A DNA stretch of 64,000 bases from Leucoraja erinacea (GCF_028641065.1 NC_073394.1:16616001-16680000), one strand, 5' to 3'. Counted from the first letter of the stretch, positions 1-13,273 are shown. Made by a program: numbers and translations. The notes: generated from the sequence alone by a model not told the origin.

Positions 1-76
1 GTATCTGTAGTCAGGATGGAACCCGGGTCTCCAGCATTGCATTCGCTGTAAGGCAGCAACTCTACCGCTGTGCCAT
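1..76 (-). mobile_element. tRNA-derived SINE head (HE1/V-SINE-like), cut by window edge
   Basis: Reverse complement gives ggcacagcggtagagttgctgccttacagc...gacccgggttccatcctgact with A and B boxes. Confidence 0.7.
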
Positions 77-941
77 CGTATGGAACGACATGGGACAGGA
101 TTGCAAAACATTTCTGCCTGGTCAAAACTATCTAACTACAGCAATTTCAAGGGACACACATTAATAAACTTAATAAAGAATAACAGTATATACTGTAGGT
201 CACAATTGCAGCATTGTTCTGCAAATATACTATGCATTAGAATTGAAGAAATGAAAGAGTTTAATTAGAATATCAGCTTATGATCCAAATGAAAACATCC
301 TGACAGAAATGAGAATTACAAATTCCTCCTAATATAAATAATTTTGGACATAAGAACCCAATGAATAATATGGGATGGTTGATGCATTCCATATGTTCCA
401 ACTTGCCAAAATTAGAATTAGGAGTTGAAGACTCAATCCTATGAACGAAAATGTCAAGTGTATCAATTAAAAGAATGCACCTGGCACAAGATTTTAGGTA
501 TACTCAAAAAAGCCTTACAGCCATACAAAGTAATTCTAGCAGTAGGTTTCCCAATTGATCTTTGGAAAGCTAGCCTTCATCCAGATAACCTATTCTTTGT
601 ACTACATTAAAAATATGCCATTATTTGGAGCAAAGCCAAATTTTTGCATTCAAACTTGCAATTGTAAAATTGAGATTTAGAAGCTAAACATCTTGTGCTA
701 AGATTAAACTTAATATGGTTTAACACTGAAGTTTCACTAATTATAAACAATTAGAACGTGATATAGCAAATCTATAAAGTTGAATTGCTGATGTAACTTT
801 GGGTAGATACCAAACTTAAAAAATTATGTTGACCCCACTGTTGTAAATCCCATGATTTTAGCATCAAACTGCCTCAGAACACAGATATAAATAAAGCTGT
901 TGCACATTTACGGTTATAAGATTCAGCATCAGTCAACATAC

Positions 942-1133
942 GTGAATTAAGTATGCTGCCACCATCGTGGCACTACGGGAGCGTCCAGCCTTGCAGTGCA
1001 CATAGACACAACTTCCATTTTGGTGATATTTAGAAATGAAATCAACGCCCTTTTTGAGGTCTTCCATTTTCGGGACACCAAATATATCAATTGTGCTGAG
1101 TCTTAACTGTTCAACTCCAACTGACTTCCATTC
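942..1133 (-). CDS. PTPMT1: PTPMT1 coding exon 3 (catalytic P-loop); final exon not found in window
   Basis: EWKSVGVEQLRLSTIDIFGVP...VYVHCKAGRSRSATMVAAYLIH with the HCxxGxxR dual-specificity phosphatase motif; acceptor 1135-1134, gtatgt donor from 941; 192 nt. Confidence 0.95.
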
Positions 1134-1250
1134 CTGAAACAGAAACTCCACTAGGAAATGTGCAGCGTTGAAATGAAAGCATACAGACAAGCATGTGTTA
1201 TTTTTTTCAATAAATGCTCCACCTTCTGTTAAATCTTAATCTCAGGGTAG

Positions 1251-1565
1251 AATTTCTCATTGGCTACATCTCCCAAAAGTACTGTATAAATTCTCTACAT
1301 AAAATGATGACACAGTTTCAATTCACCATAACTGGCTCCAAGTTGAAACATTATTTGTCTGACATACAGTACTGGATTTGAAAAAAGAAATTCTTCCAAC
1401 TAAATATTGGAATAGCTAAAAGCTTTACCTTCAGTCTACCTCACATATCCCAAACTTTCTACCCAGTGCGTCTTTCTGCCAACTATCTGAAACGTATCCA
1501 GTGTGTTTGCAACCTCATATCTGACCTAGGTTGGAGCATACATCCATAAAATCACCAAGGCTGGT
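1251..1565 (+). repeat. Local direct duplication, copy 1 (about 315 bp)
   Basis: Nearly identical to 2584-2907. Confidence 0.9.
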
Positions 1566-1839
1566 AGAATCTGTGTTCTTAGATAAAGTTGCTTCCAGTC
1601 ACATGACAAAGTTGCACAATATTAACATGAGTAATAAAGTTCGAACAAATTTACATTAATTGCATTAATTTACCTTGCTCTCTGTAATTGCTTACTGCAA
1701 TATAGAAGTAAATTGAACAAATTTACGAAAAGCAACAACAATAAAAAAAAAATAACTGCTGCTATATAATGGCATTCCAAATGATTACTATATAGTTGCT
1801 GAATATTCTTTCATGTCAGTGAGAACATCTATGTCAGCA

Positions 1840-1976
1840 GAGTCAGGGGATATGGGGAGATTTCAGTAACGGGGTACTGATTGGGGATGATCAGCCATGA
1901 TCACATTGAATGGCGGTGCTGGCTCGAAGCGCCAAATGGCCTATTCCTGCACCTATTGTCTATTGTCTATTGTCTA
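1840..1976 (+). mobile_element. CR1 LINE 3' end
   Basis: gatcagccatgatcacattgaatggcggtgctggctcgaag 3' UTR and (TATTGTC)n tail. Confidence 0.8.
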
Positions 1977-2583
1977 AAACAGATAAAAACAAGCACTCAT
2001 GTAAACATAAGTTTACAAATACACAGGACAAGATGTTAAAAGTCCAAAGTGCCGAATATCAACTTACTCCCGATGGTGATGGGAGCCTTCTGCACTCACC
2101 TATGCTCCTCTGACGTTGAGAAAGGCTAGGTAGACATGTAATTGGGCTTATCAAGTGGGCACCTACTTTAATCGACGTTTCGCTGATTGAACCCACGGCG
2201 TCTCCAGTAGGCTCATAGGTTGCTATTTGTGTTACCATTCACTAAAATCAAGCTTGTATTGTGCATTTTTATCCTACAAGGTAATACAAAGATCATACCT
2301 TCTCTAAAACCTGGTCCTATTCAATCACAAAGACAGTAACACAAATCCCATTTGACCATATTGCTTTCAATATTTTATCTTCATTTAGCCTCTATGTCAT
2401 GACATCTGACAGAAACTAGATGCTAGATAGCCGAATGGACGATATTAAAGTATGACAACTGTAAAAGTATTTAGCTCTCAGACCAAAAGAAAAATTATCA
2501 GTCAACACTGTCCTTTTAATTATTTCCCCTCAGTGTCTGCATTGACGTTTACTCTGCCAGGTTTATCCTGAGAACTCGCCTCC

Positions 2584-2907
2584 AATTTCTCATTGGCTAC
2601 ATCACCCAAAAGTACTGTATAAATTCTCTACATAAAATGATGACACACAGTTTCACTTCACCATAACTGGCTCCAAGTTGAAAAATTATTTGTCTGACAT
2701 ACAGTACTGGATTTGAAAAAATAAATTCTTCCAACTAAATATTGGAATAGCTAAAAGCTTTACCTTCAGTCTACATCACATATCCCAAACTTTCTACCCA
2801 GTGCGTCTTTCTGCCAACTATCTGAAATGTATCCAGTGTGTTTGCAACCTTATATCTGACCCCGGGCCTAGGTTGGACCATACATCCGTAAAATCACCAA
2901 GGCTGGT
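2584..2907 (+). repeat. Local direct duplication, copy 2
   Basis: Nearly identical to 1251-1565 with a few substitutions and small indels. Confidence 0.9.
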
Positions 2908-3156
2908 TACATAACATAGAAACATAGAAAATAGGTGCAGGAGTAGGCCATTCGACCCTTCGAGCCTGCACTGCCATTCAATATGATCATGGCTGATCAT
3001 CCAACTCAGTATCCTGTACCTGCCTTCTCTCCATACCCCCTGATCCCTTTAGCCACAAGGGCCACATCTAACTCCCTCTTAAATATAGTCAATGAACTGG
3101 CCTCAACTACCTTCTGCGGGAGAGAATTCCAGAGATTCACCACTCTCTGTGTGAAA
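2908..3156 (-). mobile_element. CR1 LINE 3' fragment
   Basis: (CATAGAAA)n tail; same 3' UTR as other CR1 copies in the window. Confidence 0.85.
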
Positions 3157-4246
3157 CATTACTGACTCCATCTGTCTCAGTTTGCCCATCACATAAACCT
3201 TCAACGAATACCACAAAATTATTTATCGCAGCCAAATTCCCTCAACCTCCACTCAGCATAACAAGACTGTTGCCATATCTTGTCATGCCAGGTACCATTT
3301 GCCCATCCTACCTGCGCTTGAAAACCTGTACTGATACTTATATTTTAATTTTCTCACCTCAGTTTTCAAATCTCTCCATGGCCTTGCAGTTCTCTTGTAA
3401 TTTTCTCCAGCCGTACAATTCCGCATGGTATACAATTCCTGAATGTACTTGCTCCAGTACTAACTGCTGTGCTGTCAGCAGTGAAAGCCCTAACATCTAG
3501 AACTCAGTCCTTAAATTCTATGGTTGAATCTTAAACCTTTACTTTCCACCTTGAAATGACCGTTAAAATATCCTTGACTAAATCTGTCCCAATATCTTAT
3601 CTAGATCAACAATTTATTTTTGTGCAGGAAGAATCAGCAGATGATGATTTACACCGAAGATAGACACAAAATGCTGGAGTACCTCAGTGGGTCAGACAGC
3701 ATCTTTTCTTTACTCAAAATGAAGGAACATTTTTTGGTACATTAATAAGTTATTACATTAATGAAAATAATTGTAGAATAAATCATGGTTTGTGTGTTTC
3801 CTCCACTATGGACAGTATTGGGTTTGGGTGTGTTACAGATAATGATAAATTAGCCTTCCACATACAGTACAGTAAGGTGAAAAATAAATTATGGAAGACA
3901 GTCAATATTAATGGAACTGTAGCCCAATAAGAGTTAGGATTTTCAGACAGGGAACGGAAATCAGAAATGATATCCAGAACCATTTATATTAAAGAGTAAA
4001 ACTTCCACATTTGATTAAGCTCCTGTCAGTCTTTAGCCTGCAACTTACTTATGTAATTTTACATTGTGCTACCTGGAAATAACATTAAGTAGAAGCAAAA
4101 TATGAAAATGACTAATGATATACAAGATTATTACTACGCTTTTGATGACAAAGGTTGAGATGATTATTTTAAGTTTGCTGTCTATTCTTGAAAATTAGAA
4201 AAATAATTTGAAAACCTATGTTACTTAGGATTTTTTTACAACTTAC

Positions 4247-4327
4247 CTCTGTTGTGTTTACGAAGAATTTGGTTTCATAATCTTCATTCATGGTTATCAC
4301 CCCACGCACATTCTCTTTTCTTACTAA
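4247..4327 (-). CDS. PTPMT1: PTPMT1 coding exon 2
   Basis: Hand translation LVRKENVRGVITMNEDYETKFFVNTTE; AG acceptor 4329-4328, gtaagt donor from 4246; 81 nt, in frame with exons 1 and 3. Confidence 0.95.
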
Positions 4328-5053
4328 CTGCAAGTCCAAACACATTAAGAATTATTGAAAGACAGAGACCAGAAAAAAAATGTTTGTTTGCTTTAAAAAT
4401 TGAATTATTTATTTGAATGAGTGATGTTCCAAGAATGTATAAAAATGTATAAAATCATGAGGGGAATAGATAGGGTGAATGCAAGGGTGAATGCATGGAG
4501 TCTTCTACCCAGAGTTGGGGAATTAATTACCAGAGGATATATTTTCAAAGTGAGAGACGTAAAATTTAATAGGAACCCAAGGAAAGTTTGCAAAGTTTTG
4601 CGTTTGGATTGAATAGTTTATTGCCTTGCCTTAAAGTAACCATTTCTAGTGTCCAGTATAGCATCTACTGAACTAATACTGTGGATGAAAGCTCCTAATT
4701 CATAGGTCAGCAGTATTCATTCTGCTTCTCTTAGTTCATTGAATGTTTTTGTTGCTTCTTGTGTACAAAGTGTACTAAGGTCAAGATAAGACTCAACATT
4801 TTTAAGGTACTTTAAAACTGGAAAAACACAAGCATGCTGGAAAAGTGGCAACTCTGTGCACTGCCTCAGTGCAATGTATTATTCTTGCACTACAATCATT
4901 GCACTCTTGGAGGTGGGTGTGATTGTGCTTATGTAGAGTAAGATTTTATTGAATTGTTTGCAAAACTAAGAATTTCACTGTATCTTGGTACATGTGACAA
5001 TAAAGTACCATTGAACAACCAAGGGATATGTGAAAATACACAACCATATTTAA

Positions 5054-5292
5054 GGGTGGCACAATGGTGCAGCAGGTAGAGTTCCTGCCTCAAAGTGCCA
5101 GCAATCAGGGTTCGATCCTGACCGCGGGTGCTGTCTGTGTGGAGTTTGCACGTTCTCCATGTGACTGTGTAGGTTGGCTGCAGGTGCTTTGGATTTTCCC
5201 CACATCCCAAAGATGTACGGGTTTGTAGGTTAATTGGCCCTCTGTAAATTGCCCCTAGTGTGTAGGGAGTGGATGAGAAAATGGAATAACAT
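5054..5292 (+). mobile_element. HE1/V-SINE-like SINE
   Basis: tRNA-like head (ggttcgatcc B box) plus V-domain ggagtttgcacgttctcc...ccacatcccaaagatgt. Confidence 0.85.
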
Positions 5293-5295
5293 CGA

Positions 5296-5996
5296 TCAGA
5301 TTAGGAAAAGGGGAGGAACAACGACTCCTAGGTGTCCTTGTAAATCAGTCACTGAAAGTAAGCATGCAGGTACAGCAGGCAGTAATGAAAGCTAATGGCA
5401 TGTTGGCCTTCATAGCAATTGGATTTGAGTCTAGGAGCAAGAAGGTCCTACTGCAGTTGTACAGGGCCCTGGTGAGCCAGCACCTGGAGAATTGTTTTGG
5501 TCTCCTAATTTGAGGAAGGACATTCTTGCTATTGAGGGAGTGCAGCGTAGGTTCACCAGGTTAATTCCCGGGATGGCAGGACTGACATATTATGACAGAA
5601 TGGATGGACTGGGCTTATATTCACTGGAATTTAGAAGTTTAAGAAGGGATCTTATAGAAACATATAAAATTATTAAGGGATTGGACAGGCTAGATGCAGG
5701 AAAAATGATCCTCATGTTGGGGGGGTCACAGTTTAAGACTAAAGGGTAGGCCATTTAGGACTGCAATGAGGAAGATCTTTCTCAGCCAGAAAGTCGTGAA
5801 TCTGTGGAATTCTCTGCCACAGAAAGCAGTGGAAGCCAATTCACTGTATGTATTCACAGGAGACTTAGATATAGCTCTTGGGACTAAGGGAATCAAGGGA
5901 TATAGTGAGAAAGCAGGAACGGGGTACTGATTCTGGATGATCAGGCTCGAAGGGCTGAATGGTCCTACTCCTGCACCCATTTTCTATGTTTCTATG
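5296..5996 (+). mobile_element. CR1 LINE ORF2 3' fragment
   Basis: FWSPNLRKDILAIEGVQRRFTRLIPG peptide and tctatgtttctatg tail. Confidence 0.9.
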
Positions 5997-6429
5997 CCCC
6001 CACTGCCTGACAATGTCACACCTTTTATGCCCTCGTCCTCCCTGATGGATTTGGCAAATGATTCTGTACAACAGACAAACAAGACAGGGGAGAGTTGGCA
6101 AACCTGCCTGACTCCAGACCTGATGGGGAAGTTATCTGATTCCCATCCGTTAATTTAGACTGCACTACGGTGTTGCTGAGTAGCCAACACGAGTACACAT
6201 TTGTATGCTTTTGCCAAATGAAAGATCATTCGATTATAGCATGAGATCAGTATGATCTAACGCCGTCAAGAGTGTCAGATTATTTCTTGACAAGTATGAA
6301 CAGAAGCTGTGTTATCCTTTCATTACCTTTCCCATCCACACTGCAATATTGCTTTCCCTTCCTTCTAGCCCGCTAGCACTTCCCACCCTCACTTCCCACC
6401 CTGCAGTCTCTCTTACTGCTTCCTCCACA

Positions 6430-6990
6430 TGATCCCATTCCCACTTCGCCGATGTCATGTGTTGCCGATCGTGCCCTGGAAATTGTCACCACCAGCAACC
6501 CCTAGACCTCACCCCCCTTCTCCCCTCCGCCATCCACTCCCCCTACCCATGATGTACCCTCCTCGCCCTTCCATCCCCTCCCCTTTCCCCCCGCCTCTTC
6601 CTCCCCCTGCCGTCCACTTCCCCCGCAGTTACCGGGCCTCACTCCTACCTCGTCGGTGAGTGAACGGAAAGGAAGCGCCCCGATGATGACGGTCTGGTCA
6701 ATCCGATCATACCAGGGGCGACCGAACATCTTGGACATGAAGACGTTGTAGCCCAAACTCGGGTAAAACACGATCCGTGCAAACAGCGCCGCCATTCTTA
6801 ACTGCCGTGTCCGCTCAGCCCCGGCCCGTCACATTAGATGTCCCCCCTGCCCTGCTGGCAACATTGCCGCCCGTTCTTGCTCGAGCATCTTTGGTGCCGC
6901 CCGCCGCCGGGAAGACAGAGACCCCCCATCAGTCAGCTTCAGAGCACCTGGCGTCTGTAATAAAATAGAATATTGGAAACCCGCTGGCCC
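6430..6990. promoter_or_regulatory. CpG island / promoter of PTPMT1
   Basis: Locally GC- and CpG-rich against an AT-rich background; spans exon 1 and its upstream region. Confidence 0.7.
6649..6795 (-). CDS. PTPMT1: PTPMT1 (mitochondrial phosphatidylglycerophosphatase) coding exon 1
   Basis: ATG at 6795; [19 protein letters not shown]...[22 protein letters not shown] matches the PTPMT1 N-terminus; GT donor (gtagga) at 6648-6647; 147 nt, phase 0; lies in a CpG-rich block. Confidence 0.95.
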
Positions 6991-7883
6991 TTCAAACAGC
7001 ATCTCTTGGGAGAAAAATACACTTCAAGAGGGTCTCGACCCGAAACCTCACCCATTCCTTCTCTCCGGAGATACTGCCTGATCCACTGAGTTACTCCAGC
7101 ATGTCGTGTCTATGTAAACTAGCATCTGAAGTTCATTCATACACACTTCTTCTTCATCAATGCTGCTTACTTTAGAAAACTGGGAAACGTCCAGACTATT
7201 TAAAAACACACTGAAAAATACAAACCCTGGAGATACTGGATAATTTAACATGGTTGGATAATAATATAATCAGAAAAATAATATTAAGTTGGACGCACAA
7301 CTTTCCCCCGCTGTATTACCTATGAAAAATGAATAGGGTAACTACTCAACGCAGGTGGAATCACAATCTGAAAGAACAACTATTATTGAGGGCTTCCTGG
7401 TGCGAATTAAGTGATTCAAAGTGCAGGCATGGCATTCGTTCCTGGCCCCTGAATGTGGCAGCGCAGGTAGGTGGGAAGTATGTTAGCAGTCGTTAGCCGA
7501 AGTAGAGAATATAAGAGCACAGAAGTTATGTACAGTACAGCTCTCTAAAGCATTGGTGAGTCCATTCCTGGAATATTATGGAGTAACTCAATGGATTAGG
7601 CAGCATTTCTGGAGAAAAGGAATAGGTGATGCTTTGGGTCGAGACCCTTCTTCAGACCCGAAGTGTCACCTTTTCCTTTTCTCCAGAGAAGCTGCCTGAC
7701 CTGCTTCCCCAGGAGATGGTATGGAGGTGATTCACCAGGATATTACCTGGAATGAGGATCTCAATTATAAAGAGAGATTAGATAAGGTTGGGGTTGTTTT
7801 CCTTGGCGCAGAGAATTCTCACGTGTACACAGTTATGAGGGGCATAGATAGGATAGACAGTAATATACTTTCCCCATGACATT

Positions 7884-7978
7884 CTGAAGAACGGTCTCGA
7901 CCCGAGAAGTCACCCATTCCTTCTCTCCAGAGATGCTGCCTGCCCGCTGAGTTACTCCAACATTTTGTGTCTATATTT
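7884..7978 (+). mobile_element. Penelope-derived hammerhead-type mini-element with TSD, inside an old CR1
   Basis: Starts at ctgaaga; flanked by cccatgacatt at 7873-7883 and 7979-7989. Confidence 0.75.
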
Positions 7979-10288
7979 CCCATGACATTGTTGTGTATAA
8001 GAGGGACAGGGTAACTCAAAAGGTTTGTGTGACAAATCACAACTTTCATTTAACATATCTGGCAATGAACACTACAGCAACCCTGAACTAGATTCTCCGT
8101 GTAGATTCTGCATTTTGTCCATGAAATGCTTCTTGCTCAGATTCCACAATACAATATTTCCTACGAACATGGTATTTAGTGTAAAATAGTCTTAAATCAA
8201 AATTTGTACAAACTAGATAAAAGTATTATTTTAATAGTGTTACTGGAATTTAGAAACAAATGACACTTTTATCAAAGACTTCATTGTGCAAGCAAATATT
8301 GTCACACATTTTAAAGATAGATCAGTAATAAAATACAACAATGTAAACACAGACTAATGTAATTTGTGTAACGTAAATAATGATGTTCCCTTTGGATTTA
8401 CAGATTTAAGAGATAATTTAATAAAATGATAGCCCTTAGAAAGTATTTTGTTAAGTTTTATTTATTCTTATAACATGCCTCAAATACAAAAAAAGTAAAC
8501 ATTTAATTATTTCTCCATTACCAGACCATTCAAAAGAGTCAAATTCCTTTTAAAAATAAATAAATAATTCCCTCTCAGCCATTTATCTGTTTCTAAATCT
8601 TTGGTTTAAAAGGATCAAACATTACTATAATACTTACTGTTCCACTATGTTGAATTCCTGGACTCGCCATTGACTTTGTTTCACAGTTCAAGGAAGTTTA
8701 AGTGAATTGTGTTGTTTAAGAAAAGAAAATAACACTGAAGGATCCTTCAATGTTTTCAAAAATCTCCTCAGTGATTATCTCCTCAGTCATGATTGCTTTC
8801 ACATGTTTTTTCTTAATAATTATTTGTGCAGTTTTTTTGTTATTGATATGGCAAATAGCATTGACTTAAAACATGTATAATGTCCCCCAGATTCCTTAAG
8901 GAGAAACTCTACCCAATCCTCTTGCCTTCCTTTCCCTTCAGTATGTTTCCTACCATATAACATTTTTTCCAAATGGAACCTGGCACCTGTCTCCATCATT
9001 GCTGCTCTTCCAACAATAGTAAACAAAATAGATATACAAAATGAGCTGAGATGACCAGCAAAATCATCTTACCAAATGCATACTTTCAATTTGCACGTTG
9101 AACTTGGAACTCATCTGTGCTCAACGGAATATAGGAATAGTATCTCCTCAGGCAAAGTTAACATAATTTTAAAGTTGTATGTTGGAGTAAAATTTTTCTG
9201 CGGAGTTTAACTTAGAACTTCTGTTTGTTTTTTGTGAATACTGTTTAACGCTTTCACGAACATGGCCATATCTTTTTTAATGACTAGCAAAAGTTATTAT
9301 TATATTCTTACACTTACAATGATATTATTGAGATGGGAGATTGCAACCTTCACGTGGTCTACCGTTTCGACTAATGCAATCAACCCGACGTGCACAAACA
9401 AAAGATCAAACAGAACAAGTTGACCTACAACTTTAGGCTGTGCATGCCATACGCAAGAAGAAAATTTATATTTTTAAACATTAATATTATATAATATTAC
9501 ATTTTGTAAATTAAAGAATAAATATTAAAAAGTTAAAGGTTGGCTATAAAAAGCTAATAAAATAAAGGCTGAATGTATTACCTTTTCAAAATTCCACTAT
9601 TTCATTGTTTGGCCAGTAAAATATTGTGACCTAACTATGCAAATTAAATTTGCAGGTTTCAGCACTCCTATTGTCTTTAAATGTCATACAGCTTATTCTG
9701 GTCCTTAGAACATATTAAATCATTTAACTCTTACTTACTTTTCCTAGTGTATCCTATAAATATATATATAATTAAAATGCTGGAACGCTGGTCCCCACCA
9801 AGTTTACTTCTTCACTTACCTTTTCTGTCATCTCTTGGATTATCGTTGCATTGCAAAAACATTAAATTATTCAGTTCTGAGTCCCAGTCTTTGGTAAAAG
9901 GCTTCCATTCTTATATTTCTCATGAAGTACTTTGAAATATATTATCTAATTCCGACTATTGATCATAAACAAATACTTCTTTGTCATTCATTGTGAACAT
10001 GTCTGACATCTTTGGTTGACTGAAAGCATTAGCACATTTGAAGTCCAAAAAGAATGAAAAAATATATGGAATGCATTCTCTAACTCATGCTCCTCCAATA
10101 AACACTTTTAAATATGAATACAATCTTCTTAATTGTTTTCTAAGACAAAGTCTACATTACGACATTAACGTTTGGGGATTATATTTAGTTTTATCCCCTG
10201 TGAATTCATAGCATGTAAGTTTTGGAGGAGACTGCAGAAGCCACTTTCTCGAGCATAGTAAACTTGGTAATTACATTTTCTGCCAGAC

Positions 10289-10483
10289 TCAGAATTCTTT
10301 AAGTTGTCTTCTGATGATTTCTGGCAATGGCAGTGTGTCTATGTGGACTTTGTCTACCAGATGTTGCAGGACTGTGTATAAACACTGTTCTTGCAATGAC
10401 AGAAACCGACAGCTTCTCATCTCCAGATGAAGTTCTGTTTCTGCTGCTGTAGAACTGACAATAGGATACAGGGGTACTCCAAC
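10289..10483 (-). CDS. SPSB3-like last coding exon (SPRY end + SOCS box)
   Basis: Hand translation VGVPLYPIVSSTAAETELHLEMRSCRFLSLQEQCLYTVLQHLVDKVHIDTLPLPEIIRRQLKEF*; BC box SLQEQC and Cul5-type LPLP; AG 10485-10484; TGA 10291-10289. Four exons total 696 nt = 231 aa + stop. Confidence 0.92.
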   Translation of the reverse strand, partial: VGVPLYPIVSSTAAETELHLEMRSCRFLSLQEQCLYTVLQHLVDKVHIDTLPLPEIIRRQLKEF

Positions 10484-10744
10484 CTGAGAGGATTCAAAAG
10501 AAACCAGTGTATAGAAATGAAGTATTGTATTAATTATTATTAAGTATTATTATATGCCACATTAATCTCCGTTCTTAAAATATTTTACACTATTTCAGTG
10601 CGGTACATTTAAAAAAAAATGTTTGTTCATGTCAGATGCAAGAGTGATCTTCTTAACAGTCTAAGGTTTGGATGGTCTTTTTTAAATAGATTATAATCTT
10701 CAAAAGGATACACATGGTGTCTTCATATTAGTTTTCAATTAATG

Positions 10745-11293
10745 ACAGTATCGTGTTCAGTTCTGGGCACCATGTTATAGGAAAGATATTGTCAATCTTG
10801 AAAGGGTTCAGAAAAGATTTACGAGGATGTTACCAGGACTAGAGGGTGTGAGCTATAGGGAGAGGTTGAGTAGGCTGGGTCGCTATTCCTTGAAGCGCAG
10901 GAGGATGAGGGGTGATCTTATAGAGGTACACAAAATCATGAGAGGACTAGATCGGGTAGATGCTTTGAGTCTCTTGCCCAGAGTAGGGGAATCGAGGACC
11001 AGACGGCATGGGTTCAAGGAGAAGGGGAAAATAATTAATAGGAATCCGAGGGGGCAACGTTTTCACACAAATGGTGGTGGGTGAATGGAACAAGCTGCCA
11101 GAGGAGGTAGTTGAGGCTGGGACTATCTCATCGTTTAAGAAACAGTTAGACAGGTACATGGATAGGACAGGTTTAGAGGGATATGGACCAAGCACAGGCA
11201 GGTGGGACTGGTGTAGCTGGGACATGTTGGGTGGTGTGGGCAATTTGGGCCAATGGGCCTGTTTCCACACTGTATCACTCTATGAATCTATGA
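10745..11293 (+). mobile_element. CR1 LINE 3' fragment (second subfamily) in an SPSB3-like intron
   Basis: LPGLEGVSYRERLSRLG...GDLIEVHKIMRG peptide; ctatga-repeat tail. Confidence 0.9.
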
Positions 11294-11764
11294 ACCCTGA
11301 GAAATAAGACAATACGACACATGACATGCAGCCACTACAAATAATTCCCAAATCATGGTAAAATGCAGTTTTTAAATTGTCCCCCAGATATTGCTGTGCT
11401 CCCTGAGAAAACTACACTGTGTGATTTCAATTTTCTACTCTTACTGATGCTCTCAGGCCAGTGAGATCCAGTCAACATTACGTCCAAACAGGTCAAAGTA
11501 CCGATAACAAACTGACTAAACACCACGCTCTTCACACCAGACTCAAAGAGCAGGAAAAGAAAATATTATACTATTGGTTTTAACAGGATTCACAGGACCA
11601 AGAGACAATTTTAGTATCCACTGTGCCATCCAAGCACATAAAGTAATAGAAACCACTGTATATGATAAAGCTACTTTTCACCAGAGCAAGGTAATTAAAA
11701 TGTCATTCTGTCACTCATAATACAAAAAACAATACTAAAATCTATGGAGGTCTGTACTAATTAC

Positions 11765-11955
11765 CTTATTGAGGCCTGTAAATGCAACCCCCAAATTGAG
11801 TCCATTTTTATAAAAGACCATAGTACCATCATACAGATTTAAATCGACTCCTATGATCGTAGATGTCTCGTAGAATGGTTCAGTGTACTGCCTGCTTTGT
11901 CCACCATGCCAGACTGTACCTTTGTAAGATAAGCCCCAGCTTTCCAAATCCATTC
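11765..11955 (-). CDS. SPSB3-like coding exon 3 (SPRY)
   Basis: GMDLESWGLSYKG...IIGVDLNLYDGTMVFYKNGLNLGVAFTGLNK; AG 11957-11956, gtaatt donor from 11764; 191 nt. Confidence 0.92.
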
Positions 11956-12269
11956 CTGTGAGAAGAGTGACTTTAGGTTAAATAACAGATTAATCCAAAG
12001 ACAACTTTGATCTGAATATTTCTACCAGCGTGAAGGAACAGCACTCAATATGAGCCCCATTGAAAACCAGCCCAAAAACTTATGAAATGGTTTCATCTGG
12101 ACTTGCTCCGAGGCTTCTTTACTTCTTTGCAATGTAGATTATTATGGAAATAAAAAGTAAACCACAGATCTAAGAATGATAAAAAAATTAGAGCAGTGTC
12201 TAAGTGACATGAAATATAGAAGAAAAAAAAATTTCAGCAATGAAACTGGTAAATAGATCAGGAATTTTT

Positions 12270-12360
12270 CTGAAGAAGGGTCTTGACCCGAAACGCCACC
12301 CATTCCATCTCTCCAGAGATGCTGCCTGTCCCACTGAGTTACTCCATCATTTTGTCTACC
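12270..12360 (+). mobile_element. Penelope-derived hammerhead-type mini-element with TSD
   Basis: ctgaagaagggtcttgacccgaaacgcc; caggaattt at 12259-12267 and 12361-12369. Confidence 0.75.
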
Positions 12361-13273
12361 CAGGAATTTATACCCATTTACTTAAATTTAATTCCCATTC
12401 CAAACTTTATTGGACGTGGATAATTTTGCTATTTGATTTATAGGTCAATCATCAAGATGGGAGTAAATGAATGCCTCAACAAGCTTATAATATCCCAAAG
12501 AAGAAATAAAAACATCTGTTTTTGTGTTGATATAACTATAAGAACATACCATGTTTTATATAGTGAGTATTTTTGAGCTACAGTGAGACATTGATAGTTT
12601 TGCAGTGAGATCACAGCGTAGGTGACTGGATAAGAAAGTTGTACCTGTTAAAGCATAACTTTGATATACAACAGTTCCAGATTATTTACAGATATTGTAA
12701 GTTGTTAACAGATGTAGAATTCTCAAACAGCCAGTCACATATGTTTATCATTTTATTTGCAATCATGAGTAGCCTCAAATGTGAAAGGTGGAATTTCAGC
12801 TGCAATGCTCAATGTGTAAGTGAAAGAAAGTGAAAGAGAAGCGCTGTGGAAGCAAGATTTGGTCAACACATTTTCTAAAACAAGAGACAAAGAAGAAATC
12901 AGTGATGGTAACCAATATAAAAGCAACAAATAGAAACTCTGTAGTGTGGACCAGAACTTCCTGGAAGAGATCATAAACTTGAAACATAAACTCTGGCTCT
13001 CCCTCTATACATATTGTCAAATAAATATTGTCTCTTTTATCGTTAAGGTTTCCAGCATCTGCCTTTACTTTCCGGATGACTTTATCACTTTATGAGCACT
13101 TGATAGATTGTTCCATGGATAAGCCTCTGAATCTCTCCTGGATGGGGCCACTAGGGTGCAGCAGAAGTCAAAAGATTATTTGGCAATGACAAATAATGCT
13201 AATAAAGCAAGGCCAACTTTAAAATATTATGATATATTGAACAGATAATTACATATTTACAGAAGATACTCAC

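Noticed and set aside
1-940. PTPMT1 terminal exon
   Set aside because: No matching peptide found on the minus strand; probably left of the window
1303-1365. ATGATGA...CTGA as a C/D-box snoRNA (also in copy 2)
   Set aside because: Antisense to the host PTPMT1 intron, no convincing terminal stem and no recognisable rRNA guide
5054-5130. tRNA gene (also near 1-76, 16680-16745, 19372-19445)
   Set aside because: tRNA-like heads run directly into SINE bodies; no intact cloverleaf
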